From positions 186,001-250,000 of the forward strand of contig JAPDFW010000136.1 in assembly GCA_028826165.1 (NCBI GenBank): DNA of 64,000 nt, written 5' to 3'. Source of the DNA: Anaeramoeba ignava BMAN. Its lineage: Eukaryota > Protista > Anaeramoebae. Position numbers and translations under genes: made by a program. The first letter of the stretch is position 1; each line of letters begins with the position of its first letter. Below, in pieces: positions 1-15,000 of this stretch. The notes beneath the pieces were generated by a model. The model made no database searches. It was given only the letters and a program-made list of their open reading frames with translations, and was not told where the DNA came from.

Positions 1-3000
1 TCTATTTTATTTTCTATTTCATTTTGATTTTGATTTTCTTTTTCTATTTCTTTTTTATTTTGATTTTCATTTTCATTTTGATTTTCATTTTCAATTTCAT
101 TTTCATTTTGATTTTCAATTTGATTTTCATTTTCAATTTGATTTTTATTTTCATTTTCAATTTGATTTTGATTTTCATTTTCAATTTGATTTTCAATTTG
201 ATTTTCATTTTCAATTTGATTTTGATTTTCATTTTCAATTTCATTTTCAATTTCATTTTCAATTTTATTTTCATTTTGATTTTCAATTTGATTTTCATTT
301 TCAATTTGATTTTGATTTTCATTTTCATTTGTATTCTCTTTTCTATTTCTTCTTTTAACTTCTTCGGGTTTCTTTCCTTTTTGAATTAAAGATATTGTTG
401 GAAATTGTGAATGGAAATCAATCTTATTTTCTTCATTCAATAAAATATTAGAAATTATCAATTCATCATCAAATTCATTTTCTTTATCACTTTTTTTTCT
501 TTTTTCATTTTCCTTAATTTTAAAATATAATATTGTTGATTGACTTGGTTGAAGAATTGTATTTTGATTTTGATTTTCGAAATTAAATATTCTTTCAATT
601 TCTAAATTTTTTGATACTGAAGAAATTTGTAATAATTCAATTGCACTTTTATGATAAAAATTTTTAATTTCAACCATTAAAATAATTTTATCAGCAAAAT
701 TAGAATCAACTCTTAAATTTGTTTTGGTAAATAAAGATGAAGTTGAATCAATTTCGGCTCCAATTTTGGAAATACGATAATTTAAATCTATATTTCTTTC
801 GCTGCTTTGATAACAAAATAAAAATGGAACAGAAAATTTTTCTGGAGTTGTTGGATTAATCCATAAAGGTACTTTAATTGATTCATTTGGTTTTAATTCA
901 TCTATTTTCAACTTTGTTATTGAGAGATCCTGTTTTTTATCTTCATCTTTAATTCTTACAATTTGAAGATCTTCATTTTGTTGAATATTTTGAATATTTT
1001 CTGAATTTTCTGAATTTTCCTTTTCTCCAAATACAAAGTAATTGCTATTAGGAATTTTAACAAATAAATTTTTCAATCCACATTTCCCAATATTTTGAAT
1101 ATCAATTATTGTTTTTTTGATTGAATTATCAAGTAAGAAATTTGGGAAATCTCTAATTCTAACATGTAGTAATGGCATTTCCTTTGTAATTTTCAATGTA
1201 AGTTGATTATCTGGAAGATAAATAGGATCAAATCTTTGTTTTCTTGTTTGGTTTAATCTTTTTCCTTTTAAATTGAATTTGATGAACATATTTACTGAAT
1301 CATTAAGAATTAATCTAATCCCGGTTATTGAAAATGTATCAATTCTTTCTGGAATAATTCTTAAAGATATTTTTTTCTTTTCTTTTGCTTGAAGAAATAA
1401 ATTGATTGATTCAGTTTTAAGGAATTTTTCTTCAATCATAAAATTTTGATTTTGATTTTGATTTTGATTTTGATTTTGATTTTGATTTTGATTTTGATTT
1501 TGAGAAGATTTTTTCTTTTTTGTTTTAGTTTTCTTTTTAGGTTCTATATCAAGAAGAGGGTGATCAGTAACTTTTTCTTCTAAATTTTGAATTTTCAATT
1601 CTCTTTTTGAAGAAACATCACCTTGATTTTCTTTTTGGTTATTTGAGGTTGTTTGTTCTTGAATTTGAGGTTCAAATAAATTGATTTTTTGTTCTTCATT
1701 ACTTTTTAAATTTTCCTTTTGATTTTCTTGTTCTTGTTTTTGATTTTCTTGTTCTTGTTTTTGGTTTTCTTGTTCTTGTTTTTGGTTTTCGAATTCTCCA
1801 ACAATATGAAGATTTGTAATTTTCAAAACTGCTTTCATTGGATTTTCAATTACAAATTGAACAAAAATTGGTTCATATATTGGACTAACTCTTGTATCTA
1901 ATTTTTTGACAATTCTATGATAATTTTTAATATGAATTCTTTGTATAATTCGATCAGTATTTGTTTTAAAAGGGATGATATCAGGACAAATTGAAGATAG
2001 TTGATGAACAAAAGTATTTTCTTGAGATTTCCAAAAAGAATCATTAAAATTAGGTTTTCCTGAAGTTAAAATATGATCCGAAGTTAGAAGAACTTTAACA
2101 GTATCCATTTCAATTTTTGGAAGACCAAAATACGGCAATTCGTTTTGATTTGTAGTTTTGGAAAAAGATTGATAAGCCAATGTAAAATGCTTTAAATAGC
2201 TTGTTTGTTTTTCTGATGAAAAGGATAAATTGGGAAGAATTTTTTTAAAACATTCAATTGATTGTTCATAATCATTGATATAAAAAGAATTCAAAGCAAT
2301 CCAATAATTTGTGTTAATATCAATATTTTTCCAATTTAATTCATTAAGAGATGAAACAATCAATCCAAAGCATCGAATTAAATTATGGCGATGCTCAGCT
2401 TCTTTAAATTTATTTCCAGCAAGCATTAAATACAGATTAAATTTGTGAAAATATGGAGGATCTGAGAAAAGAAAGCAAAAAGCGGATTGTTCTAAACAAA
2501 GAGCAGATGTTAAATTTGAATCATTTGAACTTGCTTGAATATAAACATCTGCTGCACGCAAAGATTTATTTTTGGAATATCTTAAATAAGCCGCATAAAT
2601 CCAATGTAATCTTGTTAAAAAATCCATTTCAATTTTGGATTGAATATAACTTCTTTTGGATAAATCATAAAATTGAGTAACATCTCTTGATTTTAAAATC
2701 ATTCCGCATAACATGATCATTTCTTGGCAATATCCAAGATGTTTCCACATGTTTGAGCTTTTGAATTCTTCAGATGCGTATTTGTAATTGGAAAATGATT
2801 TATCATAATATCGAAGGAAAAAAAGATAATCAGCTAAATTTCTCATTTTAAATTCTAATGATCCTTGTGATAAATTTTGAGTATTTTGAGAATCATTTTT
2901 TTTAGTTCCAAAAAAGCTTTTAAATCTAAAAAGATATAAAAACATAAAAAAATATTTTAATTTTGATTTTAATTTTGAGTTTAATTTTAAATTTTGATTT

Positions 3001-4743
3001 TAATTTTAATTTTGATTTTAATTTTGATTTTGATTTTAAATTTTAAATTTTAAATTTTGAATTTTGAATTTGAATTTTGATTTTAATTTTAAATTGAAAT
3101 TTGAATTCATACACATTTTTAAATCCTTTTTTGGAACTTGAAACAACTTCAGATTGAATAATAATTTTCTTATAAATGTGATTAACAAGAATGTCTGTCA
3201 CAAATGAATTTACAAATTTGGAAATATTTTGGATATTTTTTGTTGTTAAAAAAGCACCAAAATTTTGAGGGAATGTTTTTGTTGGATTATAAGAAAGAAA
3301 ATTATTAATAACTTCATCTGAATTTCTTTTTTTTCTTGTTTGTTTTTTCTTAGAATTAATTTTTAAAAAGTAACAAAAATTAGGACCAAAAGTGTGACTC
3401 ATTAACTGGAATATTTGTTTTGCTCTTTTTGTTTCATTCAAATTTAATAAATAATTTTGAATTTATTTTGAATTTAATTTATTTTGAATTTAATTTTGAA
3501 TTTAATTTGAATTGAATTTATTTTGAATTTATTTTGAATTTATTTTGAATTTATTTTGAATTTATTTTGAATTCAATTTAATTTTATTTTGAATTTAATT
3601 TTGAATTTATTTTGAATTTTGAATTTATTGTAAATGTACTTTGAATCAGAAATTGAAGAATCATGAACCAAAACATAATATCTAAGAATATCTAAATCCA
3701 TTATATTTTCTATCATAAATTTAGGTGGATTTGAAGGGTCAAATTGATTGGTTAAAATTTTAATAGCTTCAGCTGGTGTTGAAACTTCTGAACTAACAAA
3801 AGAAATACAAGCAATTGGGTGATCAATAGATCTTTGTTCAGATCCAATTAATAATTTAAAGAATTCTCTTCTGTAAACATCAAACCATGGTGTTAAATTT
3901 TGATTTTTATTATCTTTTCAAAATTAAAATTAAAATTAAAATTAAAATTAAAATTAAAAATTAAAATTAAAATTAAAATTAAAATTAAAATTAAAATTAA
4001 AATTAAAATTAAAATTAAAATTAAAATTAAAATTAAAATTAAAATTAAAATTAAAAACAAAAAAATTAAAATTAAAATGATTAAAATTAAAATTTAATTA
4101 AATTTATATTAAAACATAAAAATTAAATTTTGATTTTTAAAATCTTTTAAAATTAAAATTAAAATTAAAATTAAAATTAAAATTAAAATTAAAAATAAAA
4201 TTAAAATTAAAATTAAAGTTAAAATTAAAGTTAAAATTAAAATTAAAATTAAAATTAAAATTCATTTATAAAATCAAAATTAATATTAATATTAATATTA
4301 AAATTAAAATTAAAATTAAAATTGTTACATTGAAAAAAATTAAAAACATCTTTTTGAGAATTAATTCCTTGAATTCTATCAATTTTTTCAGATTTAAAAT
4401 TATTTTTAATAATTGAATTAAGAATTTTATGCTTTTTTTTTGAATTAGGTTTTTGAGCTTGTTTAAGAGAAAGAAATCTAACAAAAAAATCATCAATTTG
4501 TTTTATTGATTCAGAAGAATTAGTTTGTGAATTTTTTTTTGAAAGTTCTGGTGTTTTAATTATAAATTTTTGACTTGAAAAACATCTTAAAAGATTAATA
4601 AAAGAAACTCCATTTTTTTTTGCTATTTTTTCTACTTCAGAATTTGTTATTATAAGTACAACTGGTGAATAAAATTGTGTAATCCATGAAATATATTCTT
4701 GTTGTGTTAATAATGTTTTTGATGGTGGAAGTAAAAGTGTCAT
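1..4743 (-). CDS. TRAPPC8: TRAPPIII subunit TRAPPC8/Trs85, 3' end outside window. Exons 4743-4329, 3913-3640, 3424-3113, 2925-<1
   Basis: Spliced translation gives FYSPVVLIITNSEVEKIAKKNGVSFINLL, LTPWFDVYRREF..SEQRSIDHPIACI, LRYYVLVHD and LEFKMRNLADYLFFL, matching TRAPPC8 motifs as I recall them. The GT..AG junctions keep frame, and the frame still holds at base 1. Confidence 0.85.
3915..4325. repeat. (AAAATT)n hexamer microsatellite filling TRAPPC8 intron 1
   Basis: Direct tandem repeat lying between donor 4328 and acceptor 3914 (minus strand). Confidence 0.9.
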
Positions 4744-5052
4744 TTTTAATAATTTTTATTTTTATGAAAAGAAAAAAATGAAAAAATGAAAAAATGAAAA
4801 ATTAAAAATTTAAAATTAAAATAAAAATTAAAATTAAAATTAAAATTAAAAAAAAAATTAAAATTAAAATTAAAATTAAAATTAAAATAAAAATTAAAAT
4901 TAAAATCAAAATTAAAATTAAAAGTAGAATTTGTTTATCTATCAATTCTTAAAGGAAAGAAAAAAGAAAAAAAAGAAAAGAAAAAGAAAAGAAAAGAAAA
5001 TTTTTTGGAATTGATTTAAAAAAAGTGAAATTAAAAGGAAGAAGAAAGAAAA

Positions 5053-7312
<2,260 letters not shown>

Positions 7313-7537
7313 CTTTATATTATTTAGAAAAAAAGTAATATTTAAAAGGAAAAATGAAAAAAATGAAAAAAAAAAATTTTTTTTCTTTTATTTTTTTTTT
7401 TTAAATTTAATTTTTCTCCTTTTAATTTTTTTTCTCCTTTTAATTTATTTATTTTTTTCCTCTTTTTTATATTTTTCATTTTTTTCCTTTTCCTTTTCTT
7501 TTTTCTTTTTCTTTTTTTAATAATAAAAATAATAAAA

Positions 7538-10500
7538 ATGTCTTCTAAATCTAATTCTGAATCTGACAATGAATCTGAATCTGAGTCTGACAATAATAGT
7601 GACAGTTACAGTGATAGTGAAAGTGAAAGTGATTCTAATAATAATAAACAAAATCAAATTCAAAATCAAAAACAAATTCAAAAAAAGAATCAAAATCAAA
7701 AACAAAATCAAAAAAAGAATCAAAATCAAAAACAAATTCAATCTGAATCTGAATCTGATAGTGATTCTGAATCTGAATCTGAATCTGAATCTGATAGTGA
7801 AAGTGAAAGTGATAGTGATTCTAATAATAATAAACAAAATCAAAATCAAAAACAAATTCAAAAACAAATTCAAAAAAAGAATCAAAATCAAAATCAAAAT
7901 CAAAAACAAAATCAAAAAAAGAATCAAAATCAAAAACAAATTCAAAAAAAGAATCAAAAACAAAATCAAAATCAAAAACAAAATCAAAATCAAAATCAAA
8001 AACAAATTCAAAAAAAGAATCAAAATCAAAAACAAATTCAATCTGAATCTGATAGTGATTCTGAATCTGAATCTGATAGTGAAAGTGAAAGTGATAGTGA
8101 TTCTAATAATAATAAACAAAATCAAAATCAAAATCAAAATCAAAATCAAAAACAAAATCAAAAAAAGAATCAAAATCAAAAACAAATTCAAAAAAAGAAT
8201 CAAAATCAAAAACAAATTCAAAAAAAGAATCAAAATCAAAAACAAATTCAAAAAAAGAATCAGAATCAGAATCAAAATCAAAAACAAATTCAAAAAAAGA
8301 ATCAAAATCAAAAACAAATTCAATCTGAATCTGATAGTGATTCTGAATCTGAATCTGATAGTGATAGTGATAGTGAAAGTGAAAGTGAAAGTGATTCTAA
8401 TAATAATAAACAAAAACAAAATCAAAAACAAAAACAAAATCAAAATCAAATTCAAAAAAAGAATCAAAAACAAAAACAAAACCAAAATCAAATTCAAAAA
8501 AAGAATCAAAAACAAAAACAAAATCAAAATCAAATTCAAAAAAAGAATCAAAAACAAAATCAAAATAAGAAACAATCTAAATCTGAATCTGAATCTGAAT
8601 CTGATAGTGATAGTAATAGTGACAGTGATAGTGAAAGTGAAAGTGAAAGTGATTCTAATAATAATAATCAAAATCAAAAACAAAATCAAAAACAAAATCA
8701 AAATCAAATTCAAATTCAAAAAAAGAATCAAAAACAAAAACAAAATCAAAATCAAAAACAAAATCAAAATCAAAATAAAAATAAAAATAAAAAAAAGAAT
8801 CAAAATCAAAATCAAAATCAAAATAAGAAACAATCTAAATCTGAATCTGAATATGAATCTGATAGTGATAGTAATAGTGACAGTAATAGTGAAAGTGATA
8901 GTGATTCTAATAATAATAATCAAAATCAAAAAAAGAATCAAAATCAAAAAAGAATCAAAATCAAAATCAAAATCAAAATCAAAATCAAAATAAAAATAAA
9001 AATAAAAATAAAAAACAATCTGAATCTGAATCTGATAGTGATAGTGAAAGTGACAGTGATTCTAATAATAATAAACAAAATCAAAATCAAAATCAAAATC
9101 AAAATCAAAATCAAAATATAAATCAAAATCAAAATCAAAATAAACAAAATGAATCTGAATCTGAATCTGAATCTAATAGTGATAGCGAAGATAATAATAA
9201 TAAAGATAATAATCAGAATCAAAATCAAAATCAAAATCAAAATCAAAATAATAATAATAATAATAAAAATCAAAATGAATCTGAATCTGAATCTAATAGT
9301 GATAGAGAAGATAATAATAATAATAATAATCAAAAACATTCGAAACATTTACTTACATACCAAATAGCGAACCAAATATCGCAACTACAATTCAATATTT
9401 ACTTAAAATCCACAAATCAATCTTAAATCAAAACAAAGAAAAAGACTCTCAAACAAATCTCACACTTTCAACCTTCGAAAACATAGGCAAAATATTCACA
9501 GATTTAGCAGACAAAATCGAAGACACAAATAAACCGCAAATTTCGATTAATGATCCAGTATTTTATGAACTACTTCAAACAATGAACAAAGAAATTACAG
9601 AATGGATCAATTCATCAAAATCAAAAAACAACTTAAAATTAACTCAGGAACATCAAATCACAGAAGCAAATATTCAGAAAAAACTTGGTAAATTACCGAC
9701 TGGAAAAAATTATTCAATCATTCACTTCATACAGTCAATAAATATCGCAAATCAAATTGAACCGTTAATAGACGAATTTAAAATACACTCTAAAAAAATC
9801 CACTCGCAATCCCAAAATATGATATCAAATATCTGCTTGAAAGATTTAGCTCCCGTTTTGCAATCGTTAAAAAATTGGTTTTTATTTTTGATTTCCAAAA
9901 TTACTTTCCAGAAGAAAAGAAATTCAATATCAGATCAAAAATTATTATTGAAAATTAAGGAATGGAATTTAAAACAAACAACACACACAATTTTATCCCA
10001 ATACTTTGAAATATGGAAGCATTTAGGAATGGATGACTATTTAATACAGAATTTTCTTGATAAGGAAAAAACCAAAAAATGGGAAAAAATCGAAAAGCAA
10101 ATTCAAACCATTTCAATTGAAGAAAAAATCATTTCCCAAAAATCCGCAATTGAAAAATTTGAACCAACGGTTGAAAATATTAAAACGGAAAATTCTTCAA
10201 AATCGGAAATTATCAAAAATTTATATTTATTCGGACAATATACAAAAAAACCACCAGAAGAAATTTCGGATATGAAACCTTTATTCTCAGAAAAATCCGA
10301 TTCAAAATGGAACAATTTTTTCCAATTTCCATCAAAATCAAATTCAAAATCAAAATCAAAATCAAAATCTAAATCTAAATCAAAATCTAAATCTAAATCT
10401 AAACCAAAATCAATTATCCAAAAAATAGATTTAACAGATCCGGAAATTTCGCTCAAACTTCTTCCTCATTTAATTCATTTTCATCCAAACTTGATTCATT

Positions 10501-11542
10501 TGAATTGGTTTTATATCGATAAAGAAAGCAAATGTTGCTACTTGAATTATCCCTTTTTGCCTATTTTATTCAGCAATCTAATTGATTCCCAAGATTTCTC
10601 TAATAATTCAATGATATTTTTAATCCGACAAATGCTTTCATTGATTGAATACTTAAATTCAAAAGATTTTTATTTTGAAAAATTTGATGCTTCTGATTTT
10701 GTTGTTGATCTGTCAAAAAACCAAATTTATCTTTATAATTTTGCAAACTGCAAATTTAACAATCAAAACTTGGATATTTTCACACAAATGAATTCTTTTG
10801 CTCAACAAATTGTCGAGAAAATACCCGTTTTTAAGAATAATCTATTAAAGCAAATTCGCACCAAAAATTCAGTAGAAAAACCAATAACTGCAAAAGAATT
10901 GCTAATGAAACCCATTTTGAAAGTTACACAAGAATTACCCGAAATGATTTCAACAGCCAATTTGCAATTTTTATCAAAATCTCTAATCAAAATTGAACCT
11001 TTTTCACAGGAATTTTTAAGAATACAAAATTTGGTTTATTATTCATGTTTCCCGTTAAATAAAGACACAATTCTGGGTCCGAATTTTCAAATAAAACAAA
11101 TTTATTTTATCAGCGATCCGCATAAATGGAATGATTATTTTCTCACAAAAATGCAAAAACATCACAATTAGAATCTCAAAAACAATCTCTCGAAATTGAT
11201 TCATCTTTTGTTATTGATCCATCTCTAAATGAAATTTATGCTTTTCATGGAAATTTATTTGATAATTGTCAGTTATGCTTAAATTTGATGAAACACGAAA
11301 ATAAGAAAAAAATTCAAAATATTAATAATATTAATTCATTTCAATTTTCAATTAATTTCTCAATATCAGTAAATCAAGCTGTTTTTAATCATTCAAATAA
11401 TACTCTTTCAATTCAACTTTGTAGGTTATTTCTTGGTGGAAAAAATGATTATAAATTTCAAGAAAAAGAAAATACAAATATTTGGATTATTGAAAATATT
11501 AATCAATTTTATCCTGAATATTTGATTGAATTTGAAATTTGA
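7538..11542 (+). CDS. Intronless protein: Ser/acidic and NQK block repeats, then a degenerate protein-kinase-like domain, then a PARP-catalytic-like domain. Three homopolymer frameshifts (~8950, ~9420, ~11150)
   Basis: Kinase-like: LIHFHPNLIHL..CYLNYPF..IRQMLSLIEYL..IYLYNFA. PARP-like: SQEFLRIQ..FQIKQIYFISDPHKW..NEIYAFHGN..IQLCRLFLG..IWIIENINQFYPEYLIEF. Restoring one A at each site joins ORFs 7538, 9582 and 11285. Confidence 0.6.
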
Positions 11543-11865
11543 AATTAAAAAATAAAAAACAAACAAACAAAAAGAATATTTGATTAAATTTGAAATTTGA
11601 AATAAAAAATATTTGATTAAATTTGAAATGAAAAGAAAAAGATTTGATTTTTTTAATTTCAAATTTGAAATAAAAAATAAACAAAAAGAATATTTGGATT
11701 ATTGAAAATATTAATCAATTTTATCCTGAATATTTGATTGAATTTCAAATTTGAAATAAAAAACAAAAAGAAAGAATATTTGATTAAATTCCAAATTTGA
11801 AAGAAAGAATATTTGATTAAATTTCAAATTTGAAAGAAAGAATATTTGATTAAATTTGAAATAAA
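11478..11865 (+). repeat. 3'-UTR repeats derived from the last codons of the upstream CDS
   Basis: 11690-11755 duplicates 11479-11545; GAATATTTGATTAAATTT recurs several times. Confidence 0.85.
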
Positions 11866-12087
11866 AACAAAAAGATTTGATTTTTTTAATTTCAAATTTA
11901 TTTTTTCTTTGAAATGAAAAAAAAAAAAGAATTAAATGTGGAATTTTTTCAAAAACAATAAAACAAAATTAATTCCACAAATATACATTTTGCTTTTTTT
12001 TTTAAAAAAAAAATTTTTGTGAATTTGAAAAAAAATTGGGAACATTTTTAAAAGAAAAAAATATTATTCAAAAAAAAAAAAATTTGA

Positions 12088-15000
12088 TTATAAATTGGAA
12101 GAAATTATAATAATTGGAATATTTTCAGAATGTCTCAATTCATTTGCGGAATCAAGAAAAATATTAACTTTTTGAACTTTTTTTTTACTTGAAAGAGATT
12201 TAATATAACGGTCTTGTTTTTTGCATAAAAATTTAAGAATATGAACACATTGATTTTTAGGAACAACAAGTAAACTGTAAGCATAAGAAGAAGTGAATAA
12301 AGAATATAAAAGGGGAGGAAAATCAAGAAGTTGTCGAAAAGTGATAATTAAAACAGGAAATTGATCTTCTTTTAAATTTTTATGAACTTGTTCTTCAAAA
12401 GATTCTTTATTAAGCTCTAATGATTGCAAATGAACGATTGAGAAATATTTTGATTTTGGAAGCGATTTTGTGATTTGAGATCCGCCGAAAATTTTGTGCG
12501 GTTTTCTTTTCGCTTCTGGTTTGTTTGAGTGGTTGATTTGGTACAAAAATTCGGAAAGAATTTTGTCGGTTGATTTTTTTTTATCAACAGAATGTTTTTT
12601 GGTTGTTTTTTTTGAAGAAACAACAAGATAATAATGAGGGAACTTGTGCTTTTCTTTGAGACTGGTTTTATCAGGTGTGCTTTGGATCGCGTTGTTTGAT
12701 AAAAGAGTGTTTTGAGCAAGATTTGTTGTGATTGAGTTGATGAGATGATGAAGAGAAAAACTTCGGACAATTGGAATTGAATAAATATTTTCCCAAGGAA
12801 ACGCTGAAAGCCATTTTGAGCAAATTAACATAAGATGAGGGATTTTGGGATTGTCTGTTTGAACGGGGGAAATTTGCGAGAAAACTTCGCTGATTGAAGG
12901 AAATTCCTCGACAAAAGAATGAAAATCATAGGAATCTGTTTTGGATTCTGAATTTTCTTGATTTTTTGAAAGTAATACTGAAAAGAATTTGATTTGCGAA
13001 TCGCGAAGAAGTGTTGAGAAAAGAGGCGCTGGAGACCCGATGCTGGAGTCTGTTGTCTCGGAAAAATTCGATTGGGAAGGTGAGATGGTGTTCGGACTGT
13101 GCCATGAAAAATCATCATCATAATTCTCGAATTTTTCATCGAAAATGGAACCTTGACCAAAAAGTTTTGGATGGGAATTTTTAGGTGATTTTTGCGGCAT
13201 AAACTTCTCCATAAATGCGTAATTGATGGAGTTATTTTTGGAGCTTGAATCAGAATTCAGAAGGGCTAAATTGACTGTGTTTTGGTGATGTTTGGAATCA
13301 GTTAGAATTTTGGGGAAGCGACGTCCTCCCAAGCAAGAGATGACCTTCCGACGCAGAAACGGTACATAACAAATCAGGATGTCGTCGATAAGCAAAAGAT
13401 ACACAAGGCTTTCTGTGTGTGGACTGCACTTGAGAAGGCTTGAGTATGAGATGTGGAGATGAGAATCTTGGTCCATGTCGTCCGTTAAATTATTTGCATT
13501 GTTTTTGGCAATTTGTTTCATTTTGGGTTGAGAAACACGTGCGAATTCGGCGATTTTGCAGATCTGGTTCAGAAGAGATTTTGCGCGCTCGAGATATTCG
13601 TCGTTGGAGATGTAAGTCGCCAATTTTTTGCGTTGATTTGTTTTCAATCCGTAAAGGAGACTCCATATTTTTTCCGAGACGCCCTTCTGATCTGTGCGTT
13701 CGGGAAAGGGAATAAACAGATGTTTTGGGTCGCGTTTTTTGTCAAGCATCTCGATCACAACACGGGTTTCTGAACAATCGCTGTATTTCTGAAGAAGCTC
13801 TTTCTTGAGCTTCCGTGTTTGTTTTTCTGTCAAACTTGGTGTTTGCAGAAGAACTTGGAAATTGATATAATTTATCATTTGGCGATAAACATTAACTGTG
13901 CTTTTTTGTGAAAGAGAAAATTCGTATTGGAACATGATGAAGGCGTCGATCACAAACAGGTTGTCGTTAAGTGTTTCGTTGTCCAAGGAAAACAGGATTC
14001 GTGTGAGTCTTCTTAAAACACGGTAAACCTTGTTTAGTGTTGATAACGGCGTGTTTTGTGCGAGTAAACAAGTGTTTCCGTTCATAAAAAGCTGGAAAAA
14101 TAAATCGCGGCATTCTGTGAAAAATTCCTTGGCTTGCAGATGATCTTTTTGTAGGATACGAAGCTCGGCGAAATTGAGATATCCCACGCACACCTGGAAA
14201 GGTACATAAAGCGATGATGCTGTTTCCAGTGAGGCTGCGCTGAGTTCTTCGATCTGCGATAAAGAGATGAGCTTTTCTGTAAGAACATCACTGAAGAGTG
14301 AGAATAATGAAGATGTGCTGTTGTGAGGAGAATCGGAAACCTCTATGGTTTTTGTGGGATCGGAAACTTCATTCGGTTCCGCAAAATTCACTTCTTTATC
14401 CGGTTCGTTGTTACTGTTGTTTTTTTTCATGTTCTCTTTTTTCTCGTTTTCTCCCTTTTTTGCTTTTGTTTGGCTTGTGGGTATTTTCCCAACATCTTCA
14501 AATTTCTTCCTTAAAAGTGCCACATTCGCAAACACATAATCAAGTAAAATTTCAGCAATTTTTGATTGAGTTTTGGAAATGAAAAAAACATTTGCTGTTT
14601 TCTGGAAACAACCAAGAGCGTTTTGGAAAGCCTGTTGACATTCCTGAACAATCTGTCCTGTATTCTCAAAAACCCGCTCTTCTCCAATAAACATTGGAAG
14701 AGGCGCGCCAAACTTCTTCTTCTCAAAAAGTTCCTGAGAAACATTCATTTTGATTGGGAACTCTTCGTGGTTCGATTGCATTGATAATTCTCGAAGAATT
14801 TTGCCTTTTAGATAATAAAATCGTGCGAGCATCCCAATGTTTTCAGCAGAAATCAAATATATCCCAAGGTTTGCCCAGTAAAAAGCATTTCGAAGATTGT
14901 GCATTTTCAAGTTCATCGATGAGAGAAGTTCAAGGAATTTGGGTCGTTCTTTCAAATGTTCGTTTTGGTATTTTCCTGTTTGCATCCCTATTCTTGAGTT

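Noticed and set aside
11150-11171. ORF ending in His-Asn (QKHHN*) as an intein C-terminus
   Set aside because: No HINT motifs or N-terminal Cys block; the ending is explained by a one-base frameshift that continues into the PARP-like domain
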